Below are positions 10,262-20,156 of a stretch of DNA of 64,000 nucleotides, one piece after another. The notes beneath the pieces were generated by a model. It was not told the DNA's origin and made no database searches. It was given only the letters and a program-made list of their open reading frames with translations. The DNA comes from Gammaproteobacteria bacterium (GTDB lineage: Bacteria > Pseudomonadota > Gammaproteobacteria > Magnimaribacterales > D2472): positions 233,450-297,449 of the forward strand of contig JBJLIP010000004.1 in assembly GCA_045563715.1 (NCBI GenBank). The letters are read 5' to 3'. The translations under genes and the position numbers were made by a program. Position 1 is the stretch's first letter. Each line of letters starts with the position of its first letter.

Positions 10262-11085
10262 TTAAAGTTTAGTAAGAACAATATTATCGATCAACCTTAT
10301 ATTATTTATCTTTGCTGCAACTGCTAAAAGCAAATTTTCATCTGTAATATCGAATGACTCATCAAAAGACTCTTCATTGCAAGATGTTAAATAATCTACT
10401 TCAAATCCCTTTGATGTTAAAAAATTAATCTTGGAATTTAATAAATCAGGGCTCAAATTAACTTTATTAGTTTCTATATTCTTTAGGGTTGCATAAAGAA
10501 ATGCAGCTATCTCTTTACTATCATCAGATAGGAGATTATTTCTAGAAGAAAGAGCTAGGCCATTACTGTCTCCCTCACAGTCTCAGCACCAATGATCTTG
10601 ATCTTTAAATTATAGTCAGCAATAAAATCCCTAACAAGAACAAACTGTTGATAGTCCTTTTTTCCAAAAATGGCTGTATCTGGTTTAATAATTTCAAATA
10701 ATCTATTTAGAATAGTTAGCACGCCGTCAAAATGACCGGGTCTATTTAAACCACATAATTTTTGAGATTTTTTTATTGGTGCTTTAATATATTCGATTTC
10801 ATCTAAGATTGAACTATCAGGTATTAATAAATAATCGCAGCCATGTTTTTCTAACAACTCAATATCTTTATCAATCGTTTTTGGGTAATTTACAAAATCA
10901 TTAACATCATTAAATTGAAGTTTATTTATGTAGATAGTTGAAATAATTTTATTATTAAACTTTTTTGCAATATCTATAAGTGAGATGTGGCCTAAATGAA
11001 GATTCCCCATAGTTGGTATGACTGTTAACTTGGGTAGATCACCTTTTGATAAATTAAATTCATTTATTGAATTAAATATTTTCAA
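10262..11085 (-). pseudogene. panC: pantoate--beta-alanine ligase interrupted by a single frameshift
   Basis: The N-terminal ORF 10555..11085 carries PTMGNLHLGHISL and ends ..GAETVRETVMA*. The -1 frame continues DSNGLALSSRNNLLSDDSKE.. into ORF 10262..10456. The frame switch is at about 10555-10580. Confidence 0.8.
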
Positions 11086-11087
11086 AA

Positions 11088-11903
11088 TTATTCAAATGTA
11101 TGAATGTCAGATGGGAAGTGTTTATTTTTTACTTCACTAACATAGCTTTTAATTGCTTCTGGTATTGAGCCTGCATCCTCCATAAAGCTTTTAACAAATT
11201 TTGGTGGTTTTTCTAGACAAGATATTCCTAATAAATCATGGACAACCATAATCTGACCATCAGTATGAACTCCAGCACCAATACCAATAACAGGTATTTT
11301 TAATTCATTAGTGATCAGTTTTGCTAAATCACCAGGCACACACTCCAAAAGCAACATTGAGGCGCCTGCATTCTCGAGTGTTATTGCTTCATTAATAATT
11401 TTTTCTTTTTGAGAAGGGTCTCTTCCTTGTACATGGTGTCCACCTATTCTATTAATAGTTTGTGGAGTAAGTCCCATATGTGCACAAACTGGAATTCCTC
11501 TGTCAGATAATACTTGTGCCATTTTTGAAATCCATTCTCCGCCTTCAATTTTTACTGAGTTTGCACCCGCTTGCATTAATCTTTTAGCATTTTCCAAACC
11601 AAGATCGTCAGTTGAATAACTCATAAAGGGCATATCAGCCATCACATGAGAGCCTTTATTTCCTTTAACAACGCATTCAAGATGATATATAAGTTGATCC
11701 ATTGTTACTGGGAGTGTGCTGTCATGACCTTGAACTACCATTCCAAGGCTATCACCCACCAATATTACATCAACACCACATTCGCTGATAATAGATGCCA
11801 TGGTTGACTCATAAGCAGTTAAGCATGTAAATTTTTCACCCAATTCTTTAAACTTATTAAGACTTGTTAAGGTGATTGATTTTTTGTTTATTTGCGTAGA
11901 CAT
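11088..11903 (-). CDS. panB: 3-methyl-2-oxobutanoate hydroxymethyltransferase
   Basis: ILVGDSLGMVVQGHDSTLPVT, KIEGG and GIGAG motifs. Confidence 0.9.
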   Translation of the reverse strand: MSTQINKKSITLTSLNKFKELGEKFTCLTAYESTMASIISECGVDVILVGDSLGMVVQGHDSTLPVTMDQLIYHLECVVKGNKGSHVMADMPFMSYSTDDLGLENAKRLMQAGANSVKIEGGEWISKMAQVLSDRGIPVCAHMGLTPQTINRIGGHHVQGRDPSQKEKIINEAITLENAGASMLLLECVPGDLAKLITNELKIPVIGIGAGVHTDGQIMVVHDLLGISCLEKPPKFVKSFMEDAGSIPEAIKSYVSEVKNKHFPSDIHTFE

Positions 11904-11905
11904 GT

Positions 11906-13105
11906 TTAATTATTAATATTAGAAGATATAATTTTTAATATTTCTCTTGCTATTCTAATCTTTTTGTCCTTTTTAAGAAAAATTGTTTCATGTTTAGTAA
12001 TAACATTAACTTCATTTTCGTCAACATCAAATCCAATTGATTTGTCAGAAACATCATTCGAGACGATCATATCTAAATTTTTAGAAAGTAATTTCTTCTT
12101 TGCGTTAACAGTTACATCTGAAGTCTCTGCTGCAAAACCAACTATATAAGCTTTTTTAAAATCATTTGAAACGCGACCCAGTATATCTTCATTTTGCTCA
12201 AGCTCAATATCAAGGCTTGCAGCATCTTCTTTTTTAATTTTTTTATCAGAATATTTAGAAGGTTTGTAATCAGAAACAGCTGCACATGCAATAAAAATAT
12301 CAGATTCTTTCATAAACTCTATAACCTTTTTAAGCATTTCGTTAGCGGTATTAACTCTTGAAAGATTGATAGACTTATCTGCATGAAGTGAAACTGGTCC
12401 GCTTACTAAATTAACTATAGCACCTGCTTCTATTGCAGCTTGAGCAATAGAATAACCCATTCTTCCCGAGCTATTATTAGATATAAATCGTACAGGATCT
12501 ATTTGCTCTCTTGTTGGTCCCGCAGTAATTGTTACGGTTTTGCCCGAAAGTAATCCCACATTTGTTTTTAAATTTATAAATTCAAGAATTGTATTTGGTT
12601 CTTCCATTCGCCCGGGACCAACATCTCCACAAGCCTGTTCACCCTGTGCAGGTCCTATAAAAATGATACCCCTGGATTCTAAAGTTTTATAATTATCTTG
12701 AGTGCTTTTATCTACCCACATATTCATATTCATAGCAGGCGCAATATAAATATCAGCATTAGATGCTAAGATTAGTGCCCCCATTAAATCATCGGCTCTT
12801 CCGTGGGTAATTTTTGCAATTGTTTCTGCTGTACATGGTGCAATTAAAACAATATCAGCCCATTTAGCTAATTCAATGTGACCCATGCCAGACTCTGCAT
12901 TTACATCTAGAAGTGAATCATGAATTTCATTTCCAGAAACAGCTTGAAGGGTTAATGGTGTAATAAATTCTTTTGCTGATTTGCTCATTACAACCCTAAC
13001 ATCAGCACCCTCTTTTTTAAAAAGACGTATTATTTCAGCTGATTTGTATGCAGCAATTCCACCAGTAACACCTAGAAGAATATTTTTATTAGAAAAATTT
13101 AACAT
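11906..13105 (-). CDS. coaBC: bifunctional phosphopantothenoylcysteine decarboxylase / phosphopantothenate--cysteine ligase
   Basis: GVTGGIAAYK flavoprotein N-domain, PAMNxxMW, ITAGPTRExIDPVRFISNxSSG ligase domain; 399 aa. Confidence 0.9.
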   Translation of the reverse strand: MLNFSNKNILLGVTGGIAAYKSAEIIRLFKKEGADVRVVMSKSAKEFITPLTLQAVSGNEIHDSLLDVNAESGMGHIELAKWADIVLIAPCTAETIAKITHGRADDLMGALILASNADIYIAPAMNMNMWVDKSTQDNYKTLESRGIIFIGPAQGEQACGDVGPGRMEEPNTILEFINLKTNVGLLSGKTVTITAGPTREQIDPVRFISNNSSGRMGYSIAQAAIEAGAIVNLVSGPVSLHADKSINLSRVNTANEMLKKVIEFMKESDIFIACAAVSDYKPSKYSDKKIKKEDAASLDIELEQNEDILGRVSNDFKKAYIVGFAAETSDVTVNAKKKLLSKNLDMIVSNDVSDKSIGFDVDENEVNVITKHETIFLKKDKKIRIAREILKIISSNINN

Positions 13106-13111
13106 TGCTTA

Positions 13112-13141
13112 GTTTTGTAATGTTTTGTTTTGTAATGTTTT
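13112..13141. repeat. perfect tandem duplication of a 15-mer (GTTTTGTAATGTTTT x2)
   Basis: Read directly in the 37-bp gap between the coaBC start and the HupE/UreJ stop. Confidence 0.9.
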
Positions 13142-13142
13142 A

Positions 13143-14093
13143 TTAAAGAATAATACCAATTACGCGGTCTATAAACCAATAAAAACCAAGGCCACCTATA
13201 GACAAACTAGCTACCGCCTTTAAATTGTTTAAATTATCAAATTTTTTAGCTATATATATTAGTATTAATGGTATTGGTATCAAAGCTATTTGGGCAACTT
13301 CAATCCCAATGTTAAAGAACAATAATGAGAAAATAACATTGTTATTTGAAATACCTATATCCATTAACGCACTTGCAAATCCTAAACCATGAAGTAATCC
13401 AAAACAAAAAGCCATTACCCATGGTGATTTTAATTTACCTTCTTTCCGAGTTATTTCAGCTGCAAGATATACAATTGTAAGTGCAATTAAAGCTTCTACT
13501 GTACCCTGAGGTAGCTTGATAATATCAAATATTGTTAAGCCAAGAGTAATACTATGTGCAATAGTAAAAGCTGTTATTGTCTTAATAATATTAATAAATC
13601 CGTTTATACAAAAAAGCAGGCCAAATATAAATAATATATGGTCCAGTCCATCAAATAAGTGTGAAATACCTAGATTTAAATATGACAATGGAAAATATTG
13701 AGTCTCTATAGGTATGTCAATTATATTATTTTGAACATTAACAAGTCCTTCAAATGTATCATTAATGAAATTGATAGTTATCAAGGCATCAGTTAAGACA
13801 CTTAAATTTATTATTTCTATTTTTGAACCTTTTAATGAGGCAGAGCATTCAAGATTTATTTTTTCATTAATATATTTTCCTTGGTAATATAAATCAACAG
13901 ACTCAACTATACATTCTTCTGGAAAACTTACTTCTGCTCTTCTTCCAATATTCTTAAATGGATACATCCAGGTAGCTTCATAATAGTTATTAGTTTCATC
14001 TATTTCATCAACAACAAGATGTGCTGGATTGAATTCATGAGAGTAAATATCAGAAACATATACTAAACATAAAGTCAGAAGTATTTTTTTCAT
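13143..14093 (-). CDS. HupE/UreJ-family membrane protein with an N-terminal extracytoplasmic domain of about 140 aa
   Basis: Signal peptide, then HLFDGLDHILFIFGLLF and a FGLLHGLGFA-type His-rich TM core typical of HupE/UreJ. Confidence 0.7.
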   Translation of the reverse strand: MKKILLTLCLVYVSDIYSHEFNPAHLVVDEIDETNNYYEATWMYPFKNIGRRAEVSFPEECIVESVDLYYQGKYINEKINLECSASLKGSKIEIINLSVLTDALITINFINDTFEGLVNVQNNIIDIPIETQYFPLSYLNLGISHLFDGLDHILFIFGLLFCINGFINIIKTITAFTIAHSITLGLTIFDIIKLPQGTVEALIALTIVYLAAEITRKEGKLKSPWVMAFCFGLLHGLGFASALMDIGISNNNVIFSLLFFNIGIEVAQIALIPIPLILIYIAKKFDNLNNLKAVASLSIGGLGFYWFIDRVIGIIL

Positions 14094-14887
14094 TAGAATT
14101 GTAGGTCTGGATTTATATATGCTTTATATTCAGATTTTTTCTCATCAAGAAATTTTTTAACCGCTTGATCCCTTTTATCCTGCAATAAATCCATCTCAAC
14201 TTTTTTATAAATCGTGGTTATATCAGGATAATATCCATCACTTTTATTAGAAACATATATAAGATGATGGCCGAATGGAGATTTAATTGGCTCGGACCAT
14301 TTATTAGTAGTACTGTTTTGAAAATAATCTCCAAAATTTTTACCAAAATCACTTTTGATATTTGTTAGGGTTTTGTTAACAAAATTCTTTCCAAGAAAAA
14401 ATGGATCTGCATCTACATCAAATCCTTTAATAATATCTTTATATGAATTTACCGCTCTTTCTTCTGAATTATTTTCTGAAGAAAAGAATAAGTGAGTAAA
14501 GGTAAAGGTTTTATCTACATAATATTTACCTTTATTATCATCGTAATATTTTAATATCTCATCCTTAGTAGGTATATTTGGTATTGACTCTTCCTTAAGA
14601 AATGATATTTTTTGAGCCAATCTCCTTTTTATTATCCTATCTTCTTTATCTAGACCAAGTAACAAAGCCTCTCTATATAAGATTTCTTCATCTATATAAC
14701 TATCTATTATTCTGAAAATTTCATCATCTGTTGGATTTCTTCCAACACGTGACTTCCATGCAGAAACCAAGCTTATAATTTCTTGATCACTTATATGTAT
14801 CTCTTTATCATCATAAGAATTTAACCCTATATCAATAATATAGAGAAAAATTCCAATAATAAAAAATATTGTTACTTTATATTTCAA
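14093..14887 (-). CDS. membrane-anchored parvulin-type peptidyl-prolyl isomerase-like protein
   Basis: N-terminal TM anchor, SurA-N-like helical region (ILYREALLLGLDKEDRIIKRRL), and a PFGHHLIYV rotamase-like motif. Confidence 0.55.
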   Translation of the reverse strand: MKYKVTIFFIIGIFLYIIDIGLNSYDDKEIHISDQEIISLVSAWKSRVGRNPTDDEIFRIIDSYIDEEILYREALLLGLDKEDRIIKRRLAQKISFLKEESIPNIPTKDEILKYYDDNKGKYYVDKTFTFTHLFFSSENNSEERAVNSYKDIIKGFDVDADPFFLGKNFVNKTLTNIKSDFGKNFGDYFQNSTTNKWSEPIKSPFGHHLIYVSNKSDGYYPDITTIYKKVEMDLLQDKRDQAVKKFLDEKKSEYKAYINPDLQF

Positions 14888-14906
14888 TGTAAGAAATAGT
14901 TATCTT

Positions 14907-17054
14907 TTAATCAATATTTCGCATTTGTATAGTCCCACCTAAAGGAATAACATCTACGTCAGTTTGCTCTGGTATATACCAAATTGGAGATGACCATGCT
15001 CGTTCTTGTATAGTCTCATGCAGATCTTCTCGTGGCTCAAAACCTCTGTTAATTGCATCCCAAGTGCTCCATCTACAAGTAGGATTTTCAAGAACCCTTA
15101 CATAATAAAATGATTTATCTTTAGGAGAGAATTCTGGATCTTTCCATAAAGTTTTTAATTCGCTTGATCCTACATTATCTGTTATCGAACAATCTGATAT
15201 ATTTACTCTAGCTCCATTATCTGGACATCTGTTTGTAACTGGATCTACTTCATTTCCATCAGAGCAGGCAACATCGTATACCTTCTCTTTTGGTCTCCCA
15301 CTATTTGAGTCTATCCACCCCTTAATAATTTGAACTCTTTGAAGAGGCGCACCATTTTTATCTTTTTGAGCCCAAACAATAAACTCAGGTGTTTTAGTTC
15401 CATTATGTAATAAATCTGCACCCATAGTGACACCCTTTGCATAAGCCTCACTTACTAGTGAATCTGAATTTAAATTTATTGATGACATATCATATCCAGC
15501 AAAAAAACGGACAGCTAATCTGGTACCAGTGGTTGCAAAAGTTTCTTTTCGTTTAAAGGCTTTAAATATAGAATCTCTAGTATTCTCTTCTGCCCAAGCA
15601 ACAGCAAGACCTGATGCTCCCCATTGTGTAAATCCCGTATTTGCATACTTGCCTTGTTTTAAATCGATTGTACTTAAAGGCTGATTAAATGCTCTCATGT
15701 ATTCAGTTAATCTATCAACATTTTCATCTGCTAGAGGAATTGACCCTCTATTTTCAGCATCTCCATCTAATAATCCAACTTTTGACCAATAATTATTTTC
15801 ATCATATGCGCCAGCACCTGTGTGTGTATCACTTGATCCAATCAATCCAAATTTATATGGATTACCTTGTTTTGTAAATTCTAAAGTTAGACCACTTAAG
15901 TAAGCCTCTCTTACATATGATCCGGAAGGTTTAGAGAATGTTGGAGGTCTGCTGCCAACTCTTACATCCATTATTTCAAAGTCAGCCCATTCATCATCTG
16001 GTGATAATAATGGATGTGTTTCTGATGTTCCTTTAACTTGAGTAACTTCTACTACAGGTTCATTTCTCATTCGCTTTTCAGCATATTCAACATCTATTGC
16101 TTTTGCTTTAAATGTTTCCATTTCAAACATTTGGCCATTAGATCCATTTGAGTTATGAGGCATTGAAACTGTATCAACACCCTTTTCTCTTAAATTATCC
16201 TGCCATGTCCATAAATCTTCAGGATTTGTTGAATCAATTCTACTAAAAGGTCTTATTGGAGCTTCTGAAGAATTGAAGATTACATTTCTATGTAAATTAC
16301 CTCCTTCTATATCTGTTGAAGTTGTATATTCATAACCAATAAATGTTGTAAAGTTACCTGGATCATTATGCTCATTTGCAGATCTTGCAATATCTGCCCA
16401 TGCAGATTTATGAATATCATAATCGAATGATTTTAAAGCAAGTTGTGTATTTTTAGTTCTCCATGCCCTTAATAATTTTGGATGCCAGTCTGGATATGGG
16501 AGTATTATTGTTGCACCTAAGACTGAACTAAATATATTTGATCTTTCTCCAGCAGATTCAACTGTTAAATTATCCAATCTATTAATGTTATGAAAAGGTT
16601 TTGCAAATTCATTTTGTGATATATCAGTAGAAGTATCAGCATAGGCTTGAATCATACCCATGTAAAAACCATGATCGGTGACAGAATAAAAGTCCAAAGG
16701 CTCTCGTAACTTCATTTCGTAGCCAAGTGGGTGTTTAATGCCTTCACCTTTTGCATATCTGTAAGCATCATCCGGAGAAGCTGTTACACCAAAAACATAA
16801 GCATCAAACGAGTATTTGGTATGAACATGGAGATCTCCATAATATGGGTTTCTATCTTTATTGGGTGCAGGTCTTGCTTTATCAACTAATTCATTCTCAA
16901 CTGAAAAATCAACAACTTCTAAAGCCGAATCAGTTTGTATTTTTTTAAATAGACTAATAATTGGCCTGCTATCATACACATCTACATATACCAGCCCAAG
17001 AGTAACAATATAAAGTCCAACTATTACAATAAGAAATTTTTTTAAATACTTCAT
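14907..17054 (-). CDS. DUF3604 domain protein (PHP-like metal-dependent hydrolase fold), membrane-anchored or secreted
   Basis: N-terminal hydrophobic anchor; YYGDLHVHTKYSFDAY matches the DUF3604 N-terminal metal-binding signature as I recall it; 715 aa. Confidence 0.65.
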   Translation of the reverse strand: MKYLKKFLIVIVGLYIVTLGLVYVDVYDSRPIISLFKKIQTDSALEVVDFSVENELVDKARPAPNKDRNPYYGDLHVHTKYSFDAYVFGVTASPDDAYRYAKGEGIKHPLGYEMKLREPLDFYSVTDHGFYMGMIQAYADTSTDISQNEFAKPFHNINRLDNLTVESAGERSNIFSSVLGATIILPYPDWHPKLLRAWRTKNTQLALKSFDYDIHKSAWADIARSANEHNDPGNFTTFIGYEYTTSTDIEGGNLHRNVIFNSSEAPIRPFSRIDSTNPEDLWTWQDNLREKGVDTVSMPHNSNGSNGQMFEMETFKAKAIDVEYAEKRMRNEPVVEVTQVKGTSETHPLLSPDDEWADFEIMDVRVGSRPPTFSKPSGSYVREAYLSGLTLEFTKQGNPYKFGLIGSSDTHTGAGAYDENNYWSKVGLLDGDAENRGSIPLADENVDRLTEYMRAFNQPLSTIDLKQGKYANTGFTQWGASGLAVAWAEENTRDSIFKAFKRKETFATTGTRLAVRFFAGYDMSSINLNSDSLVSEAYAKGVTMGADLLHNGTKTPEFIVWAQKDKNGAPLQRVQIIKGWIDSNSGRPKEKVYDVACSDGNEVDPVTNRCPDNGARVNISDCSITDNVGSSELKTLWKDPEFSPKDKSFYYVRVLENPTCRWSTWDAINRGFEPREDLHETIQERAWSSPIWYIPEQTDVDVIPLGGTIQMRNID

Positions 17055-17170
17055 ATTTCCCCCATATGATCAGTGTATTCATTATAAATTTTGACATTGG
17101 TTATGACAATAAATATGTTGATATAATTTTGATGCTTTGTAATGTTTGAATAAACTATAATCTCAAATAA

Positions 17171-17247
17171 GCGCCTGTAGCTCAGTTGGACAGAGTACTT
17201 GGCTTCGAACCAAGGGGTCGGGAGTTCGAATCTTCCCGGGCGCGCCA
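17171..17247 (+). tRNA. tRNA-Arg (anticodon UCG)
   Basis: Acceptor GCGCCTG/CGGGCGC, anticodon stem CTTGG/CCAAG with loop CTTCGAA, T-arm GGGAGTTCGAATCTTCC, encoded CCA. It is a close paralogue of the tRNA at 7820. Confidence 0.85.
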
Positions 17248-17256
17248 TATCATAAT

Positions 17257-17285
17257 AAAAAAGGGAGCTTGTAGCTCCCTTTTTA
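17257..17285. terminator. bidirectional rho-independent terminator-like hairpin
   Basis: AAAAGGGAGC-TTGTA-GCTCCCTTTTT lies between the tRNA-Arg 3' end (+) and the TBDR stop (-). There are A/T runs on both sides. Confidence 0.7.
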
Positions 17286-17300
17286 AAAATACAGACTATC

Positions 17301-19766
17301 TTAAAACATATAGTTAATAGTTAATCCATATGACCTATAGGCATTTGGATAACCAAAAAAGGATGATGAAGTAGGATCAGCGACAGCAGGGAATGCTGAA
17401 ATTAAATATTTATCATCATTAATGTTTTTACCCCAAAACATAATTGAAAGATTTTCTTTTTCTAGACCAGCAGAAAAATTCAAAGTATCTTGAGTTTTTA
17501 TTCCATTACCTGCTGCCTCTAAAATAGATTGCCAAGCTGGATTTTCTAACAATTTAGCCTCACTTGAATATAGATGGCTTAATCTAAAATAACCATCCCA
17601 ATTATTTGAACTCCAATTCCAAGTAACCGTAGATGAAATAGTATCTTCAGATATATTTGAAGGCATTGTTCCTGTTAAGTCACCAGCACTTGAATTTGGA
17701 AAAGAGTCATAAATAGGATCCATAAATAATCCACTAATTGCAAGATCAATCGATTCTATTGGTGACATTACCAAATCAAATTCAAAACCTTCTGTTGATT
17801 GTGATCCAGCATTTGCGAGAACAAAACCTGTACCAATAAATGTATTTGATTGAAAACCTTCTATTTTTTGGTCAAATACAGCAATATTTAGATAACCAGT
17901 AGGAAGCAAAATTTTTGCACCTAGTTCAAAAACTTCAGATTCTTCTGGATCTGCATACCTTCTTCCCAATCCTGTATTAGGTCCAACAGGTGTTCCAGCT
18001 GCAGCTAATGCTGCTGTTTCAGTTGCGTCTGGTAATGAATTCCTAGAGATGTTCCATGCAGATGCTTTAAAGCCCGTAGAAACTCCACCATATATACTCG
18101 TAGTATCATTTAATGCATAAGAAAGCTTGAATGTGTAATCTACATTATCATCTTTAGTCATACCATCTTGTGCTGAATTTGGATAATTAACAAATTGTGG
18201 CAAAAATTGAAGTGCCTGTAGTGGAAGTAATGGATTAAAAGCTGGATCTGTAGCCAAAACAGCTGCTTGTGACGGCGGTATACCCGCTGCTATTAGACCG
18301 AGAGTTCCTGCACCTACAAAATCTAAGTTTGAAAATACGTCAGTATTTATTTGATTATATGAGACTGACTTTTCGTCTTCGATATAACTAGCTCCTATTA
18401 ATGCATTAAGTTTATCTGAAATCTGAATATCCGCTTGTGCAAATATTGATTTTGTTGTGTTGTCTTGTGTGGCAACTTCGGTTGTACCTTGACCCGCTCC
18501 AAATAACAAACTATCCGGAATACCGAATGCTGTTGCTACACCCGAAAGAGCACCAGGAACAAAAGCATCTATATATGGGCGCCATAAAGTTCCAAAATAA
18601 ACTGATTCATTGAATACCATGTCTTCTTGGTAATAATATGCACCTAATAACCAGTTAAATTTTTCATTATCTTCAGAGAAAATTCTAAATTCCTGTGTAA
18701 CTGCTTCAAGATCTTTAGATATAGGACTTGGTGCCACTAAATCAGCTGAGTCAAAATCAATATCTTGTACTTCATAGTTATATGATTCTCTATGAGATGT
18801 AATACTCTCAAATCTTAAATTACCAAGATTCTTCTCAACATATATAGAAAGACCAGAATTATCACCATCTGATATTGGATTAAAATCAAAAAATGCTTTT
18901 TCAGTATATGGGTTATTTGGAATTATAGATGCTCCAAATAAAGCAGGCACTGCATTAGCTGGTCCATAGCTTGTGCTTCCAACAGCACAGCATATTTCAT
19001 CGTATTCGTCATAATCAGCTGTAACTCTTACAGAAAGGCCAGACTCTGGAGCATCGTATAGCAATTCTGCTCTTACGCCTTCTCGATCTCTATCATTAAC
19101 TGCATAACCTGTAACTGGATTAGATGAGTGGCCATCTCTTTTATTAAAATTTGCACTCAAGCTATAAGCCATATTTTCAGTCAGTGGGCCTGTTGTATAA
19201 AACTTGCCTACTTTAGAATTATTGTTGCCGAAACCTACAGACAACATTCCAGATTTTTCAAAGGAAGGTTTCTTAGTAACAATATTTATAACACCAGCGG
19301 AAGCATTTTTTCCAAAAAGAGTACTCTGTGGTCCTCTTAAAACTTCTATTCTTTCAACCATAGGTAAATCTGTAATTTGAGATTGTGTTTTAGATCTATA
19401 AACACCATCAACAAATACAGCTACAGAGGGCTCAATACCAGGATTATTTGAACCATTTCCAAAACCTCTTATAAAAAAAGTAGCGTTTATAGTTGATTGG
19501 TATTGTCTTGTATCTAGTGATGGTATGACAGCTTTTAGATCAAAGATATCCATCACATTAGCTTTTTCAATAGTATCAGATGTTACAACTGATACAGCAA
19601 CCGGAACCTCTTGAAGTGTTCTTTCAGTTTTTGTTGCAGTTACAATAACTTCTTCAACATTATTTTCTTGTGACTTAATAGATACTGCAGAGAATATTAT
19701 TCCCAAAGCAAATACTAATTTTAATTTTTTCATTTTAGCTCCATAAATGTTTTTGCAATTATACAA
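17301..19766 (-). CDS. TonB-dependent receptor
   Basis: Signal peptide, TonB-box/plug start NVEEVIVTATKTERT, plug motifs (RGPQSTLFGKNASAGVINI) and a C-terminal terminal F; 821 aa. Confidence 0.9.
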   Translation of the reverse strand: MYNCKNIYGAKMKKLKLVFALGIIFSAVSIKSQENNVEEVIVTATKTERTLQEVPVAVSVVTSDTIEKANVMDIFDLKAVIPSLDTRQYQSTINATFFIRGFGNGSNNPGIEPSVAVFVDGVYRSKTQSQITDLPMVERIEVLRGPQSTLFGKNASAGVINIVTKKPSFEKSGMLSVGFGNNNSKVGKFYTTGPLTENMAYSLSANFNKRDGHSSNPVTGYAVNDRDREGVRAELLYDAPESGLSVRVTADYDEYDEICCAVGSTSYGPANAVPALFGASIIPNNPYTEKAFFDFNPISDGDNSGLSIYVEKNLGNLRFESITSHRESYNYEVQDIDFDSADLVAPSPISKDLEAVTQEFRIFSEDNEKFNWLLGAYYYQEDMVFNESVYFGTLWRPYIDAFVPGALSGVATAFGIPDSLLFGAGQGTTEVATQDNTTKSIFAQADIQISDKLNALIGASYIEDEKSVSYNQINTDVFSNLDFVGAGTLGLIAAGIPPSQAAVLATDPAFNPLLPLQALQFLPQFVNYPNSAQDGMTKDDNVDYTFKLSYALNDTTSIYGGVSTGFKASAWNISRNSLPDATETAALAAAGTPVGPNTGLGRRYADPEESEVFELGAKILLPTGYLNIAVFDQKIEGFQSNTFIGTGFVLANAGSQSTEGFEFDLVMSPIESIDLAISGLFMDPIYDSFPNSSAGDLTGTMPSNISEDTISSTVTWNWSSNNWDGYFRLSHLYSSEAKLLENPAWQSILEAAGNGIKTQDTLNFSAGLEKENLSIMFWGKNINDDKYLISAFPAVADPTSSSFFGYPNAYRSYGLTINYMF

Positions 19767-19772
19767 GAATTA

Positions 19773-20156
19773 TTAAGACGCTTGTACATCTCCACCATTC
19801 TCAATCCACTCTTTATATCCACCAAGATTAAATACATTTTTAAAACCCAGATCCTTGAGAGTTTTAGCTGCTAATGCAGACCTGTATCCTCCTGCACAAT
19901 ATACTAATATATATGTATCATCATTAATTATCATCGGGTTCTTTGGTGAATTTGGTATTAAAGTGAATTCTAGAAGACCTCTCGGTATATGGACTGCATC
20001 TTTGATAATACCTAAATTATTAACCTCTGATTCTTCTCTTACATCTATTATTAGTGTGTGATTGTTTTTAATTATAGAAAGAGATTCTTCAAAAGATAAT
20101 CTATCAATTTCATTGTTTGCTTCTTGTAAAAGAATTTCTAGTGATTTATTTTGCAT
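19773..20156 (-). CDS. single-domain rhodanese (sulfurtransferase-like)
   Basis: IIDVRE...IPG and the active-site loop YCAGGYRS. Confidence 0.8.
   Translation of the reverse strand: MQNKSLEILLQEANNEIDRLSFEESLSIIKNNHTLIIDVREESEVNNLGIIKDAVHIPRGLLEFTLIPNSPKNPMIINDDTYILVYCAGGYRSALAAKTLKDLGFKNVFNLGGYKEWIENGGDVQAS

Noticed and set aside
17051-17248. 65-aa minus-strand ORF (MARPGRFELPTPWFEAKYSVQLSYRRL..)
   Set aside because: Its 5' part is simply the antisense translation of tRNA-Arg(UCG), and the rest is AT-rich spacer. This is a classic spurious ORF.
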